In this document: positions 20,938 through 29,338 of the stretch, piece after piece
Position numbering within the stretch: position 1 is the stretch's first letter
Layout of the letters: each line of letters begins with the position of its first letter
Assembly: GCA_030152625.1 (NCBI GenBank)
Contig: JASLJD010000145.1
Location: 1 to 39,458 of the forward strand
DNA: 39,458 bases
Source: Erysipelothrix sp.
GTDB lineage: Bacteria; Bacillota_I; Bacilli_A; Erysipelotrichales; Erysipelotrichaceae
Reading direction: 5' to 3'
Notes under the pieces: model-generated
The model's database searches: none
What the model saw: the letters and a program-made list of their open reading frames with translations, nothing else
Told to the model about the DNA's origin: nothing
Position numbers and translations under genes: made by a program

Positions 20938-21811
20938 GATGATAACCCCCTACTTGAAGAAGATAACGCTCTTCTAGAGATAAATGACTGTGTTCAATGA
21001 TCACTGGATGGAGTGCTTGAAGTTTTGTTTCTAAAAGTTCTTTCTCGCCTTCTAAAATAATGGAAAATATTTTTTGTTGACCGGATACATGCAAAGGCGA
21101 TAGATTTTCAAAGATATCTTTTGATTGTTTTTGGGTAAAGGCAACACGGAAGCGATGATATTTATCTTGATAGGCATCGATTTCTTCCGAAAACTCCAGC
21201 GAATGATGGTTAATCATCGCAACGGTGTCACAAATATCTTCAAGTTCACGAAGGTTATGTGATGAAATGATGACAATGTTTTCATCTTCATCCACAAATT
21301 CCGCTATCATTTGTCTTAAGTGAAAACGCATGAGCGGATCAAGCCCATCAAAAGCTTCATCAAAAAGGATGATTTTAGGTCTGGCTGAAAAGGCTAAAAT
21401 AATGGCAACTTGACGTTTCATTCCTTTTGAAAAGTGACTGATCTTCATATTTGGATCAAGTCCAAATAATTCAACCAGCTGATGATAACGCTTATGATCA
21501 AAGTTTGGATAAAAAATCTCATACAGATCTCGCATGTCATTGAGGCTTCCTTTATGAATATAATAGGGATCATCTGATACAAACATAATGTGTTTTTTAA
21601 TGTCTGTATTTTCAAAAATATTTTCATTATAAACTTTCACAAATCCATGATCTGTATCAATGACACCACTGATCAGTCTTAAAAGGGTTGATTTACCCGA
21701 TCCATTTGGACCAACCAGTCCAATCACCGAAGCTTTTTCTATTTTCCAGTGTAAATTTTCAAACACTAACTTTTGACCGAATTGTTTTTTAACATTAAAA
21801 AATTCAATCAT
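20918..21811 (-). CDS. ABC transporter ATP-binding protein (YtrB-like)
   Basis: GPNGSGKS, signature FSKGM, Walker B LFDE, GLDP and SSH. Confidence 0.95.
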   Translation of the reverse strand: MIEFFNVKKQFGQKLVFENLHWKIEKASVIGLVGPNGSGKSTLLRLISGVIDTDHGFVKVYNENIFENTDIKKHIMFVSDDPYYIHKGSLNDMRDLYEIFYPNFDHKRYHQLVELFGLDPNMKISHFSKGMKRQVAIILAFSARPKIILFDEAFDGLDPLMRFHLRQMIAEFVDEDENIVIISSHNLRELEDICDTVAMINHHSLEFSEEIDAYQDKYHRFRVAFTQKQSKDIFENLSPLHVSGQQKIFSIILEGEKELLETKLQALHPVIIEHSHLSLEERYLLQVGGYHHESKIS

Positions 21812-22166
21812 ATTGATTCTCCTTTAGATAATGAATAATCTCTTCTTTTGATTCACCTAGATTAATCAGATTTTGGAAAGCCTCTTCAAGTTCTAAGTAA
21901 GCATCTTGGATAAAATTGGAAACACCTTGCTTACCTGCTTCCACAAAAAATCCTTTGTTTGGCACAGAATAAATCAATTTTTGTACTTCACATTCCCGAT
22001 AAGCTCTTGCAACCGTGTTAGGATTGATACCTAATTGTTTGGCCATCGCTCGAACACTTGGTAACTTGTCATCTTTTTCTAAGACGCCTAAGCTAATAAG
22101 TTGCCCAATTTGATCGATAATTTGTTGAAAGATGGGTGTTTCATCTCTCTGGTTAATTTCTATCAT
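21804..22166 (-). CDS. GntR-family regulator, YtrA subfamily
   Basis: PIFQQI, LPSVR and INPNTVARAY with a short C-terminus. Heads an ABC operon. ATG 22166 follows SD GGTGAT (alternative start GTG 22175). Confidence 0.93.
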   Translation of the reverse strand: MIEINQRDETPIFQQIIDQIGQLISLGVLEKDDKLPSVRAMAKQLGINPNTVARAYRECEVQKLIYSVPNKGFFVEAGKQGVSNFIQDAYLELEEAFQNLINLGESKEEIIHYLKENQYD

Positions 22167-22176
22167 CTGTATCACC

Positions 22177-22214
22177 CGTACTCATACAATAGCACACGAG
22201 ATTTAAGATGACAA
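22177..22214 (-). promoter_or_regulatory. Promoter of the GntR-ABC operon with overlapping putative YtrA-type operator
   Basis: TTGTCA, 17 nt spacer, TATTGT with a TG extension. Imperfect inverted repeat TGTGCTA-N6-GAGTACG at 22177-22196. Confidence 0.6.
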
Positions 22215-22272
22215 GCAAAAGATCCATGTTATTATGTATAATATGGTAAAATGACGACTGGAGGCGTTGTTT

Positions 22273-24129
22273 ATGTATGATGTAATCGTAGTTGGTGGCG
22301 GTCATGCAGGTGTTGAAGCTGCGATAGCCGCAAACCGAATGGGACAAAAAACAGCTTTAATTACTCTTGATGTGAATAAAATCGCGACGATGCCATGCAA
22401 CCCATCAATAGGCGGGCCAGCAAAAGGGATTGTTGTGCGTGAAATTGAAGCGCTTGGCGGAGTCATGGGACAAATTGCCGATAAAACAGCTTTACAATTT
22501 CGAATTCTTAACTCAAGTAAAGGACCCGGTGTCCAGTGTTTAAGAGTGCAATCTGACAAATTTGCTTACTCAGAAGCGATGCGCGATGCCGTATTGAATG
22601 AACCAGGCTTAGAAATTATCACCGAGATGGTCGAGGAAATTGTTGCGGATGAAAATAATAAGGTCCAAGGTGTTCGCACCAAAGATGGTGATTTAATTCA
22701 AAGTAAAACCGTCATTTTAACATCCGGAACTTATATGAGTTCGAAAATAATGCAAGCGGATAAGATTAAAGAAAGTGGTCCAGATGGTGATCCGACGACG
22801 AATAAATTATCTGAATCTTTGCGTCGATTGGGTATCATGACTTTTCGTTTAAAGACAGGAACCCCTGCTCGAGTATATAAGGATAGTATTGATTACTCAA
22901 AAACAAAAGTTCAAGAAGGAGACAAACGTCCTTATTATTTCTCAGATACAACGAAAGAAGAAGACGTCATTGAGGATCAGTATGTTTGTTATTTAACTTA
23001 TACGAACGAAGAAACCCATCGTATTATCAATGAAAATTTGGATAAATCGAGCATGTATTCGGGTGTTGTCGAAGGTGTGGGGGCACGTTATTGTCCTTCG
23101 ATTGAAGATAAAATTGTTCGTTTTGCTGATAAAAACCGACATCAAATTTTTATTGAACCTGAATCAGAACGAAAAGATACGATGTATCTACAAGGATTAT
23201 CCTCCTCTTTACCTGAGGATGTACAGGATGCAATGATCCGTACGATCCCTGCTCTTAAAAATGCGAAAGTTCAACAATATGGCTATGCCATTGAATACGA
23301 TGCGATCGATCCAATTCAATTGAGACCTAATTTAGAAATAAGACAAGTTGAAAATCTTTTCACGGCAGGACAAATCAATGGAACATCTGGCTATGAAGAA
23401 GCAGCTGGCCAAGGGTTGATGGCAGGGATTAATGCGGCTTTAAAAAACCAAGGAAAAGAAGCGCTTGTCTTAAAACGAGATGAGGCTTATATTGGTGTGA
23501 TGATTGATGATTTAGTAACGAAAGGAACAACCGAACCCTATCGACTATTGACATCACGTGCTGAATATCGTTTATTATTACGTCATGACAATGCTTATCG
23601 TCGCTTATCACATCTGGGTCATGAAGTGGGTCTTTTAAGTGCAGAACGCTATGCTAAAATAAAAGAAGATATTGATTTCATGGATGCATTCATCGAAAAA
23701 AGTAAAACAATTAAAATCCCTCATGAAGAAAAATTCAAAGATTACTTTGCTCAGAAAAACTCACCGTTCGATAGCCATGACTTAAGTATTTATGATGCTG
23801 TGAAAAGACCAGGCATTGAACTTTCAGAGATTTTAGAGCTCTTTGGTGAAGAAATTAGAGCAGACTTGGTCTTTCAAATTCAAGTGGAAATTAAGTATGC
23901 TGGTTATATTAAAAAAGCAAAAAGAGATGCAGAGAAGTTGCGGAGCATGGATAATGTAAAAATTCCATCGGACTTAAACTTTGATGATGTTCCGAATATT
24001 TCAACAGAAGGTCGCGAACGTTTGAAAGCGATCGATCCGATTACTTTAGGACAAGCTTCACGTATTTCAGGCGTTAATCCAGCAGATATCTCTGTCTTAG
24101 CGATGTATTTGAAGCAAAAACATCGCTAA
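22273..24129 (+). CDS. mnmG: tRNA U34 carboxymethylaminomethyl modification enzyme MnmG/GidA
   Basis: VGGGHAG, CNPSIGG, RLKTGTP, RYCPSIEDK, AGQINGTSGYEEA and TSRAEYRL. ATG 22273 chosen by SD GGAGG. Confidence 0.99.
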   Translation: MYDVIVVGGGHAGVEAAIAANRMGQKTALITLDVNKIATMPCNPSIGGPAKGIVVREIEALGGVMGQIADKTALQFRILNSSKGPGVQCLRVQSDKFAYSEAMRDAVLNEPGLEIITEMVEEIVADENNKVQGVRTKDGDLIQSKTVILTSGTYMSSKIMQADKIKESGPDGDPTTNKLSESLRRLGIMTFRLKTGTPARVYKDSIDYSKTKVQEGDKRPYYFSDTTKEEDVIEDQYVCYLTYTNEETHRIINENLDKSSMYSGVVEGVGARYCPSIEDKIVRFADKNRHQIFIEPESERKDTMYLQGLSSSLPEDVQDAMIRTIPALKNAKVQQYGYAIEYDAIDPIQLRPNLEIRQVENLFTAGQINGTSGYEEAAGQGLMAGINAALKNQGKEALVLKRDEAYIGVMIDDLVTKGTTEPYRLLTSRAEYRLLLRHDNAYRRLSHLGHEVGLLSAERYAKIKEDIDFMDAFIEKSKTIKIPHEEKFKDYFAQKNSPFDSHDLSIYDAVKRPGIELSEILELFGEEIRADLVFQIQVEIKYAGYIKKAKRDAEKLRSMDNVKIPSDLNFDDVPNISTEGRERLKAIDPITLGQASRISGVNPADISVLAMYLKQKHR

Positions 24130-24135
24130 GTATTT

Positions 24136-24149
24136 ATTTCCCGGGAAAA
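24136..24149. promoter_or_regulatory. Noc binding site (NBS)
   Basis: ATTTCCCGGGAAAA, a 13/14 match to the B. subtilis NBS consensus ATTTCCCGGGAAAT. Intergenic, between mnmG and rsmG. Confidence 0.75.
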
Positions 24150-24182
24150 GTCTGAGGATGTGCTTAAAGTATTCGATATTTG

Positions 24183-24191
24183 TGGTAGAAT
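24183..24191 (+). promoter_or_regulatory. Extended -10 promoter of rsmG-noc-parA-parB
   Basis: TGGTAGAAT about 30 nt before the rsmG ATG. Confidence 0.55.
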
Positions 24192-24222
24192 AAAGAGACA
24201 GGAATAGATAGTAGGGATTAAA

Positions 24223-24936
24223 ATGCTATTTGATGATTTTATTGAAAAACTTGAGGATGAACTGGAGATTGTTGTTTCATCAAAGATGAGACAACAATTT
24301 TTAACGTATAAAAATGAAATCCAACGTGTAAACCAGTTTTTAAACTTAACAGCTATCGACGATGATCAAGGTATTTATGCTAAACACTTTTGGGATTCAC
24401 TTTTAATTTCACCGATGATTCCAGAAAAACAATTGCTTTGTGATATTGGGAGTGGAGCCGGTTTCCCGGGCATTGTACTGGCGATTGCTCGTCCAGATTT
24501 AGAAATTGTTTGTGTAGAACCAACAGGGAAACGAGCCAATTTTTTAAAGGATGTCGTTGAAATCTGTGATTTGGAAAATGTCCGTGTGATTAATGATCGT
24601 GCAGAACATCTCAAAGAGGAAAGAGAGCGTTTTGACATTGTGACCGCAAGGGCGGTAGCACACTTAGATATGCTTTCAGAACTTTGTATGCCCCTTGTTC
24701 GTGTTGGTGGTCATTTTATTCCGATGAAAGGTGCAAAAGGAATGGAAGAGTATCGTATATCAGAGAAAGCAATCAAAAAACTGGGTGGGAACCTGGTTGA
24801 TATTCATCATGAACAAGATGCGTTGCTTGGCTCAAGATTTAATTTTAAAATTGAAAAAATTCGACCGACAGCTAAGAAATATCCGCGTTCATATGCTAGA
24901 ATAAAGAAGACACCACTTTCGGGGAGGAAGTTATGA
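24223..24936 (+). CDS. rsmG: 16S rRNA m7G527 methyltransferase
   Basis: NLTAI, KHFWDS, DIGSGAGFPG and TARAVA. Confidence 0.98.
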   Translation: MLFDDFIEKLEDELEIVVSSKMRQQFLTYKNEIQRVNQFLNLTAIDDDQGIYAKHFWDSLLISPMIPEKQLLCDIGSGAGFPGIVLAIARPDLEIVCVEPTGKRANFLKDVVEICDLENVRVINDRAEHLKEERERFDIVTARAVAHLDMLSELCMPLVRVGGHFIPMKGAKGMEEYRISEKAIKKLGGNLVDIHHEQDALLGSRFNFKIEKIRPTAKKYPRSYARIKKTPLSGRKL

Positions 24937-25691
24937 CAAACAAACAAATAAACATACCCATTGAAAAAATTAAACCGAATGAACATCAACCAAGAGAATT
25001 TTTTGAAGAGGAGCGTTTATTTGAATTAGCACAGTCTATTCGTGAAAATGGTCTTATCCAGCCTATTGTTGTCAGAGAAAAAGAAGATCATTATGAAATT
25101 ATTGCAGGAGAAAGGCGTTATCGTGCAATGATGATGATTGGTCATATGGAAATACCGGCATTGGTTATTGATGTGGAAGATGAAAAAATGGCGAGTTTAG
25201 CATTGATTGAAAATATTCAGCGAGAAAACTTATCAGTTGTGGAGGAAGCAAAAGCGTATAAAAACATTCTTCAACTCCAACAAATCACACAAAAAGACTT
25301 GGCTGAAAAGATGGGGAAATCACAATCTTCGATTGCGAATAAACTTCGTTTATTAGAATTAAACCCCGTTGTTTTAGATTCTTTAGATAAACGTGAAATT
25401 ACTGAACGCCATGCGCGAGCGCTTCTTTCATTGAACGAAGAAGAGCAAGAAAAAATGCTTAAGACTATTTTAAAGCGTGGTTTAAATGTTCGACAAACCG
25501 AAGAACTGATTAAAAAACCACCCAAAAAGAAGAAAGTAAAAACAAAAGGTTTTTCAAAGCATATAAAAATAGGTATTAATACGGTAAAACGTTCTCTCGA
25601 TATGATTGAAAAAACAGGGATTGCTGTTAATCATGAAGTAAAAGAGACCGATGATGACATTGTTATGATTGTACGATTCCCTAAAGAGTGA
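24933..25691 (+). CDS. noc: Nucleoid occlusion protein Noc (ParB paralogue) lacking the N-terminal membrane helix
   Basis: GERRYRA, ENIQRENL, Noc-type HTH KSQSSIANKLRLL, TERHARAL and Noc-type C-terminus INTVKRSL. Lies between rsmG and parA. Confidence 0.88.
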   Translation: MTNKQINIPIEKIKPNEHQPREFFEEERLFELAQSIRENGLIQPIVVREKEDHYEIIAGERRYRAMMMIGHMEIPALVIDVEDEKMASLALIENIQRENLSVVEEAKAYKNILQLQQITQKDLAEKMGKSQSSIANKLRLLELNPVVLDSLDKREITERHARALLSLNEEEQEKMLKTILKRGLNVRQTEELIKKPPKKKKVKTKGFSKHIKIGINTVKRSLDMIEKTGIAVNHEVKETDDDIVMIVRFPKE

Positions 25692-25704
25692 AGGAAGTGA
25701 TGTC

Positions 25705-26493
25705 ATGGGGAAGATTATTGCGGTAGCAAACCAAAAGGGTGGCGTAGGTAAGACAACAACCAGCATCAATTTAGCGGCTGGCTTGGCATATTTAGGACAA
25801 AAAGTACTTTTGGTTGATTTAGATCCCCAAGGGAATGCATCACAGGGAGTAGGAGCAAATCGTGTTGATATTCAATATAGTACTTATGATTTGCTTTTAA
25901 CTGAGCATGAGGTGGAAGAAATCGCGATGCCATTGAATGCACCACCGCTTGATCTTGTTCCAGCAACAATCGATCTTGCAGGAGCGGATTTAGAGATGGT
26001 TGAATTCAAAATGGGACGTGAGCGTCTTTTAAAAAACAAATTAATGAAGGTTCGTGATGATTATGATTTTATTATTATTGATTGTCCCCCTTCTTTAGGA
26101 CTTTTAAACACCAATGCTTTAACAGCAGCAGATTCTGTGATCATTCCAGTGCAGTGTGAATATTATGCGCTTGAGGGATTGACTCAACTTCTTTCAACAA
26201 TTCGTTTAGTGCAAAAACTTTTCAATCCAAAATTAAAAATTGAAGGTGTGCTCTTGACGATGTTTGATGTCAGAACACGCTTAAGTGTTGAAGTACAACA
26301 AGAAGTTCGCAAATATTTTAAAGAAAGAGTATACAAAAGCAATATTCCACGTAATGTTAAGTTATCAGAAGCGCCTTCCCGCGGGAGTTCGATTTTTGAA
26401 TATGATATTAAATCTCCGGGTGCCAAGGCATATGCAGCTTTAGCCAAAGAAGTATTAAACAACAATAAAGATTGGAGCGATAAGAATGGCTGA
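25705..26493 (+). CDS. parA: ParA/Soj ATPase
   Basis: NQKGGVGKTT, DLDPQGN, DCPPSLG and EAPS. The real start is ATG 25705. Confidence 0.97.
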   Translation: MGKIIAVANQKGGVGKTTTSINLAAGLAYLGQKVLLVDLDPQGNASQGVGANRVDIQYSTYDLLLTEHEVEEIAMPLNAPPLDLVPATIDLAGADLEMVEFKMGRERLLKNKLMKVRDDYDFIIIDCPPSLGLLNTNALTAADSVIIPVQCEYYALEGLTQLLSTIRLVQKLFNPKLKIEGVLLTMFDVRTRLSVEVQQEVRKYFKERVYKSNIPRNVKLSEAPSRGSSIFEYDIKSPGAKAYAALAKEVLNNNKDWSDKNG

Positions 26494-27355
26494 TGATCGA
26501 CGTTTAGGTCGTGGTTTAGGTGCAATATTTGGTGATGATGTCACAGATGTTTTAGAAGATATTCAACAAAACACCGAAGCACATGAAGGTGTTCAAACAA
26601 AGTTGGATGTGGACTCTATTCGTGTGAATCCATATCAACCACGAAGACATTTTGATGAAGGTAAATTGGAAGAACTCGCACGTTCCATTCAACAACATGG
26701 CTTATTTACGCCGATTTTAGTTCGTGAAACAAGTCAGGGTTATGAATTGGTAGCGGGTGAAAGACGACTGCGTGCAAGCAGACTAGCAGGACTTGAAACC
26801 ATTACTGCGATTGTTGTTGATTTCAATGATCGGCAAATGATGGAAATTGCTTTAATTGAGAACGTTCAAAGAGAAGACTTGAATGTAATTGAAGAAGCGA
26901 TGGGCTATGCAAGTTTAATCGAACGTTTAGATTTAACCCAAGAAGAAGTGGCTAAACGAGTGAGTAAATCAAGGAGTCACATCAGTAATCTATTACGTTT
27001 GCTTCGTTTACCTGAAACGGTCAAAGAAATGCTTGCTGAAGAAAAACTGAGTATGGGACAAGTGCGCCCATTAGTCGGCTTGGAAGCGGGCGATGCTATC
27101 TCAATTGCCCAAAAGGCTTATCGTGAAAAAATGTCCGCGCGTGATGTTGAAGATCTCGTGCGAAATTTAGAAAATCCAGAAACCAAAGTAAAACCTAAAC
27201 CTGAAGAAGACTTATCCGATTATCGCTATGCTGTTCAACTGTTTGAAGAAAGGCTTCAGACAAGAACTGAAATTAAAAATAAAAAGATTACGATCCATTT
27301 TGCAGATGATGAAGATCTTAATCGAATCTTAGACGCTTTAGAGATGATTGAATAA
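26486..27355 (+). CDS. parB: ParB/Spo0J partition protein
   Basis: LGRGL ParA-interaction motif, GERRLRA, ENVQREDL and KSRSHISN. Confidence 0.97.
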   Translation: MADDRRLGRGLGAIFGDDVTDVLEDIQQNTEAHEGVQTKLDVDSIRVNPYQPRRHFDEGKLEELARSIQQHGLFTPILVRETSQGYELVAGERRLRASRLAGLETITAIVVDFNDRQMMEIALIENVQREDLNVIEEAMGYASLIERLDLTQEEVAKRVSKSRSHISNLLRLLRLPETVKEMLAEEKLSMGQVRPLVGLEAGDAISIAQKAYREKMSARDVEDLVRNLENPETKVKPKPEEDLSDYRYAVQLFEERLQTRTEIKNKKITIHFADDEDLNRILDALEMIE

Positions 27356-27378
27356 CCCGCAAGTCGGGTTATTTTTTT
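27351..27378 (+). terminator. Intrinsic terminator after parB
   Basis: AATAACCCG-CAAGT-CGGGTTATT followed by a T-run. Confidence 0.85.
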
Positions 27379-27394
27379 CGTTACGGACTTTGTT

Positions 27395-27403
27395 TGCTAT
27401 AAT
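27395..27403 (+). promoter_or_regulatory. Extended -10 promoter of sirtuin-mnmE-tatD-ALDH
   Basis: TGCTATAAT. Confidence 0.65.
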
Positions 27404-27420
27404 AGAGATAGAGGAGAGAT

Positions 27421-27987
27421 ATGATGAAAATCATTGCATTTACTGGTGCAGGTATTAGTAAAGAATCAGGAATCAGTACTTTTATGGACAGGCCAGATGT
27501 CCGCGATAAATTACATCGATCATATGCACAAAGAAACCCTGAAGAGTATCGTCGAACAGTGCGTGAACTTAGCGAGAATATTCGTGAAGCCGAACCCAAT
27601 GATGCTCATTATGCTTTAGCCGAATATAAGATTCCCATTATTACCATGAATATTGATGAACTTCATGAAAGAGCGGGAAGCGATCCTATTTTATTACACG
27701 GTACTTTACCAAGTCGTGAAGAATATGATCATGCCGACCAACTTTACAATAAGCCAGTTCTCTATGGTGATCCAGCTCCAAATTATTATCGTGGCTTAGA
27801 AAAAGTAATGTCCTTAAATGAAGGTGATGTGCTTTTAGTTGTCGGAGCATCGCTTCATACAGGGATTGCGGTCGATGTTCGTCAGGTTGCACGAGCACAA
27901 GGAGCGCGAATTATTGAAATACAAGACAGTGCAGCGACGAAAGTTCGCCAAACATTGGAGGAACTTTTAGGCAAGAAAGAAGGTTAG
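27421..27987 (+). CDS. Sir2-family NAD-dependent deacylase-like protein, compact and lacking the Zn module
   Basis: FTGAGISKESGISTF, PNDAH, TMNIDELHERAG, LHG, VLYGD and VVGASL. Contains no Cys. Confidence 0.88.
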   Translation: MMKIIAFTGAGISKESGISTFMDRPDVRDKLHRSYAQRNPEEYRRTVRELSENIREAEPNDAHYALAEYKIPIITMNIDELHERAGSDPILLHGTLPSREEYDHADQLYNKPVLYGDPAPNYYRGLEKVMSLNEGDVLLVVGASLHTGIAVDVRQVARAQGARIIEIQDSAATKVRQTLEELLGKKEG

Positions 27988-27993
27988 TATTTT

Positions 27994-29331
27994 ATGTTGA
28001 CAGACACGATTGTTGCAATTATTACGGCACTTCAAGAAAGTGCCATTTCTGTTATTCGTCTCAGTGGTCCTGAGGCGATTGATTATGCCAATGAAATCTT
28101 TTCAAGAGATTTAACGAAGGTTGAATCGCATAAAGTTCATTATGGACATATCATCGACCCCGTTGACGGCAAAGTCGTCGACGAGGTCCTTTTAACTGTT
28201 TTTAAAGGACCCAAGAGTTATACTCGGGAAGATGTTGTTGAAATCAGTGGGCATGGTGGTGTTCTTGTTACGAAACAAATCCTAGAACTATGTCTTTCAG
28301 TGGGTGCTAGAATGGCCAGACCAGGAGAATTTACGGAACGAGCTTATCTTAATGGACGTATTGACTTGTCTCAAGCTGAAGCTGTTATGGATCTCATCGA
28401 AGCGCCTAATGATTTCGCAAGGGAACTGGCAATATCCGGTGTTCAGGGACATGTTAAAAAACTTATCGAACCTTTTTTAGATCGTTTAATGCAAATGATC
28501 GCCAATATCGAAGTGAACATTGATTATCCAGAATATGATGATGTTGAAGTGTTGACCGAAGAAAAAATACTCCCAGATGTCCGCGATTTTGTCCAAGACA
28601 TTGAAAAAATTCTCAAGGAATCTCGGAGTGGACAAATCATGCGTGAAGGTGTGAAAACAGTTATACTCGGGAAACCTAATGTTGGAAAGTCCAGTATTCT
28701 CAATGTTCTTTTAGATGAGGACAAAGCGATTGTTACCGATATCGCAGGAACAACTCGTGATTTAGTAGAAGGTTGGGTTCGTTTAGAGAATGTTGCCCTT
28801 CATCTTATTGATACAGCAGGATTGCGCGAAACAGGGGATATTATTGAGCGTATTGGAATTGAGAAGAGTCGTGAAGCTTTAGAAGAAGCCGATCTTGTGA
28901 TCACCGTTTTTGATGCCTCTCAAGCTTTAGATGATGAAGACCGAGAACTTTTAGACCTTACAGAACATAAAGAGCGAATTATTGTTTATAATAAAGCTGA
29001 TTTGCTTGAAGATAAAGACGAAGATGCATTATATGTTAGTGCAGTAGAGGGCGATTTGGATGCGTTAATCAAGGAAATCAATACACGCTTTGAAGTTCAT
29101 CAACAAGCGCTTCAAAAACCAACTTTATCTAATCAAAGGCATATCGCAGCTGTTCGCAGTAGTTTAATGGCGATGAAACGTGCCCAAGAAGCACTTGAGA
29201 TGGGGATTGAGTTGGATTTGGTTACCATTGATTTAAACGAGGCGTATGTCGAATTGGCTTCGATTATTATGCCGAAAGAAGATATTGATGTTCTCGATGA
29301 GATATTCAGTCGTTTTTGCTTAGGAAAGTAG
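27994..29331 (+). CDS. mnmE: tRNA modification GTPase MnmE/TrmE
   Basis: IRLSG, PGEFTERAYLNGR, GKPNVGKS, GTTRD, DTAG, NKAD and C-terminal FCLGK. Confidence 0.99.
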   Translation: MLTDTIVAIITALQESAISVIRLSGPEAIDYANEIFSRDLTKVESHKVHYGHIIDPVDGKVVDEVLLTVFKGPKSYTREDVVEISGHGGVLVTKQILELCLSVGARMARPGEFTERAYLNGRIDLSQAEAVMDLIEAPNDFARELAISGVQGHVKKLIEPFLDRLMQMIANIEVNIDYPEYDDVEVLTEEKILPDVRDFVQDIEKILKESRSGQIMREGVKTVILGKPNVGKSSILNVLLDEDKAIVTDIAGTTRDLVEGWVRLENVALHLIDTAGLRETGDIIERIGIEKSREALEEADLVITVFDASQALDDEDRELLDLTEHKERIIVYNKADLLEDKDEDALYVSAVEGDLDALIKEINTRFEVHQQALQKPTLSNQRHIAAVRSSLMAMKRAQEALEMGIELDLVTIDLNEAYVELASIIMPKEDIDVLDEIFSRFCLGK

Positions 29332-29338
29332 GGATAAA

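Noticed and set aside
24461..24474. Second NBS-like sequence GTTTCCCGGGCATT
   Set aside because: Only 11/14, and explained by the conserved GFPG codons of RsmG.
26715..26730. parS-like half site CGTGAAACA inside parB
   Set aside because: The left half does not match, so it is not palindromic.
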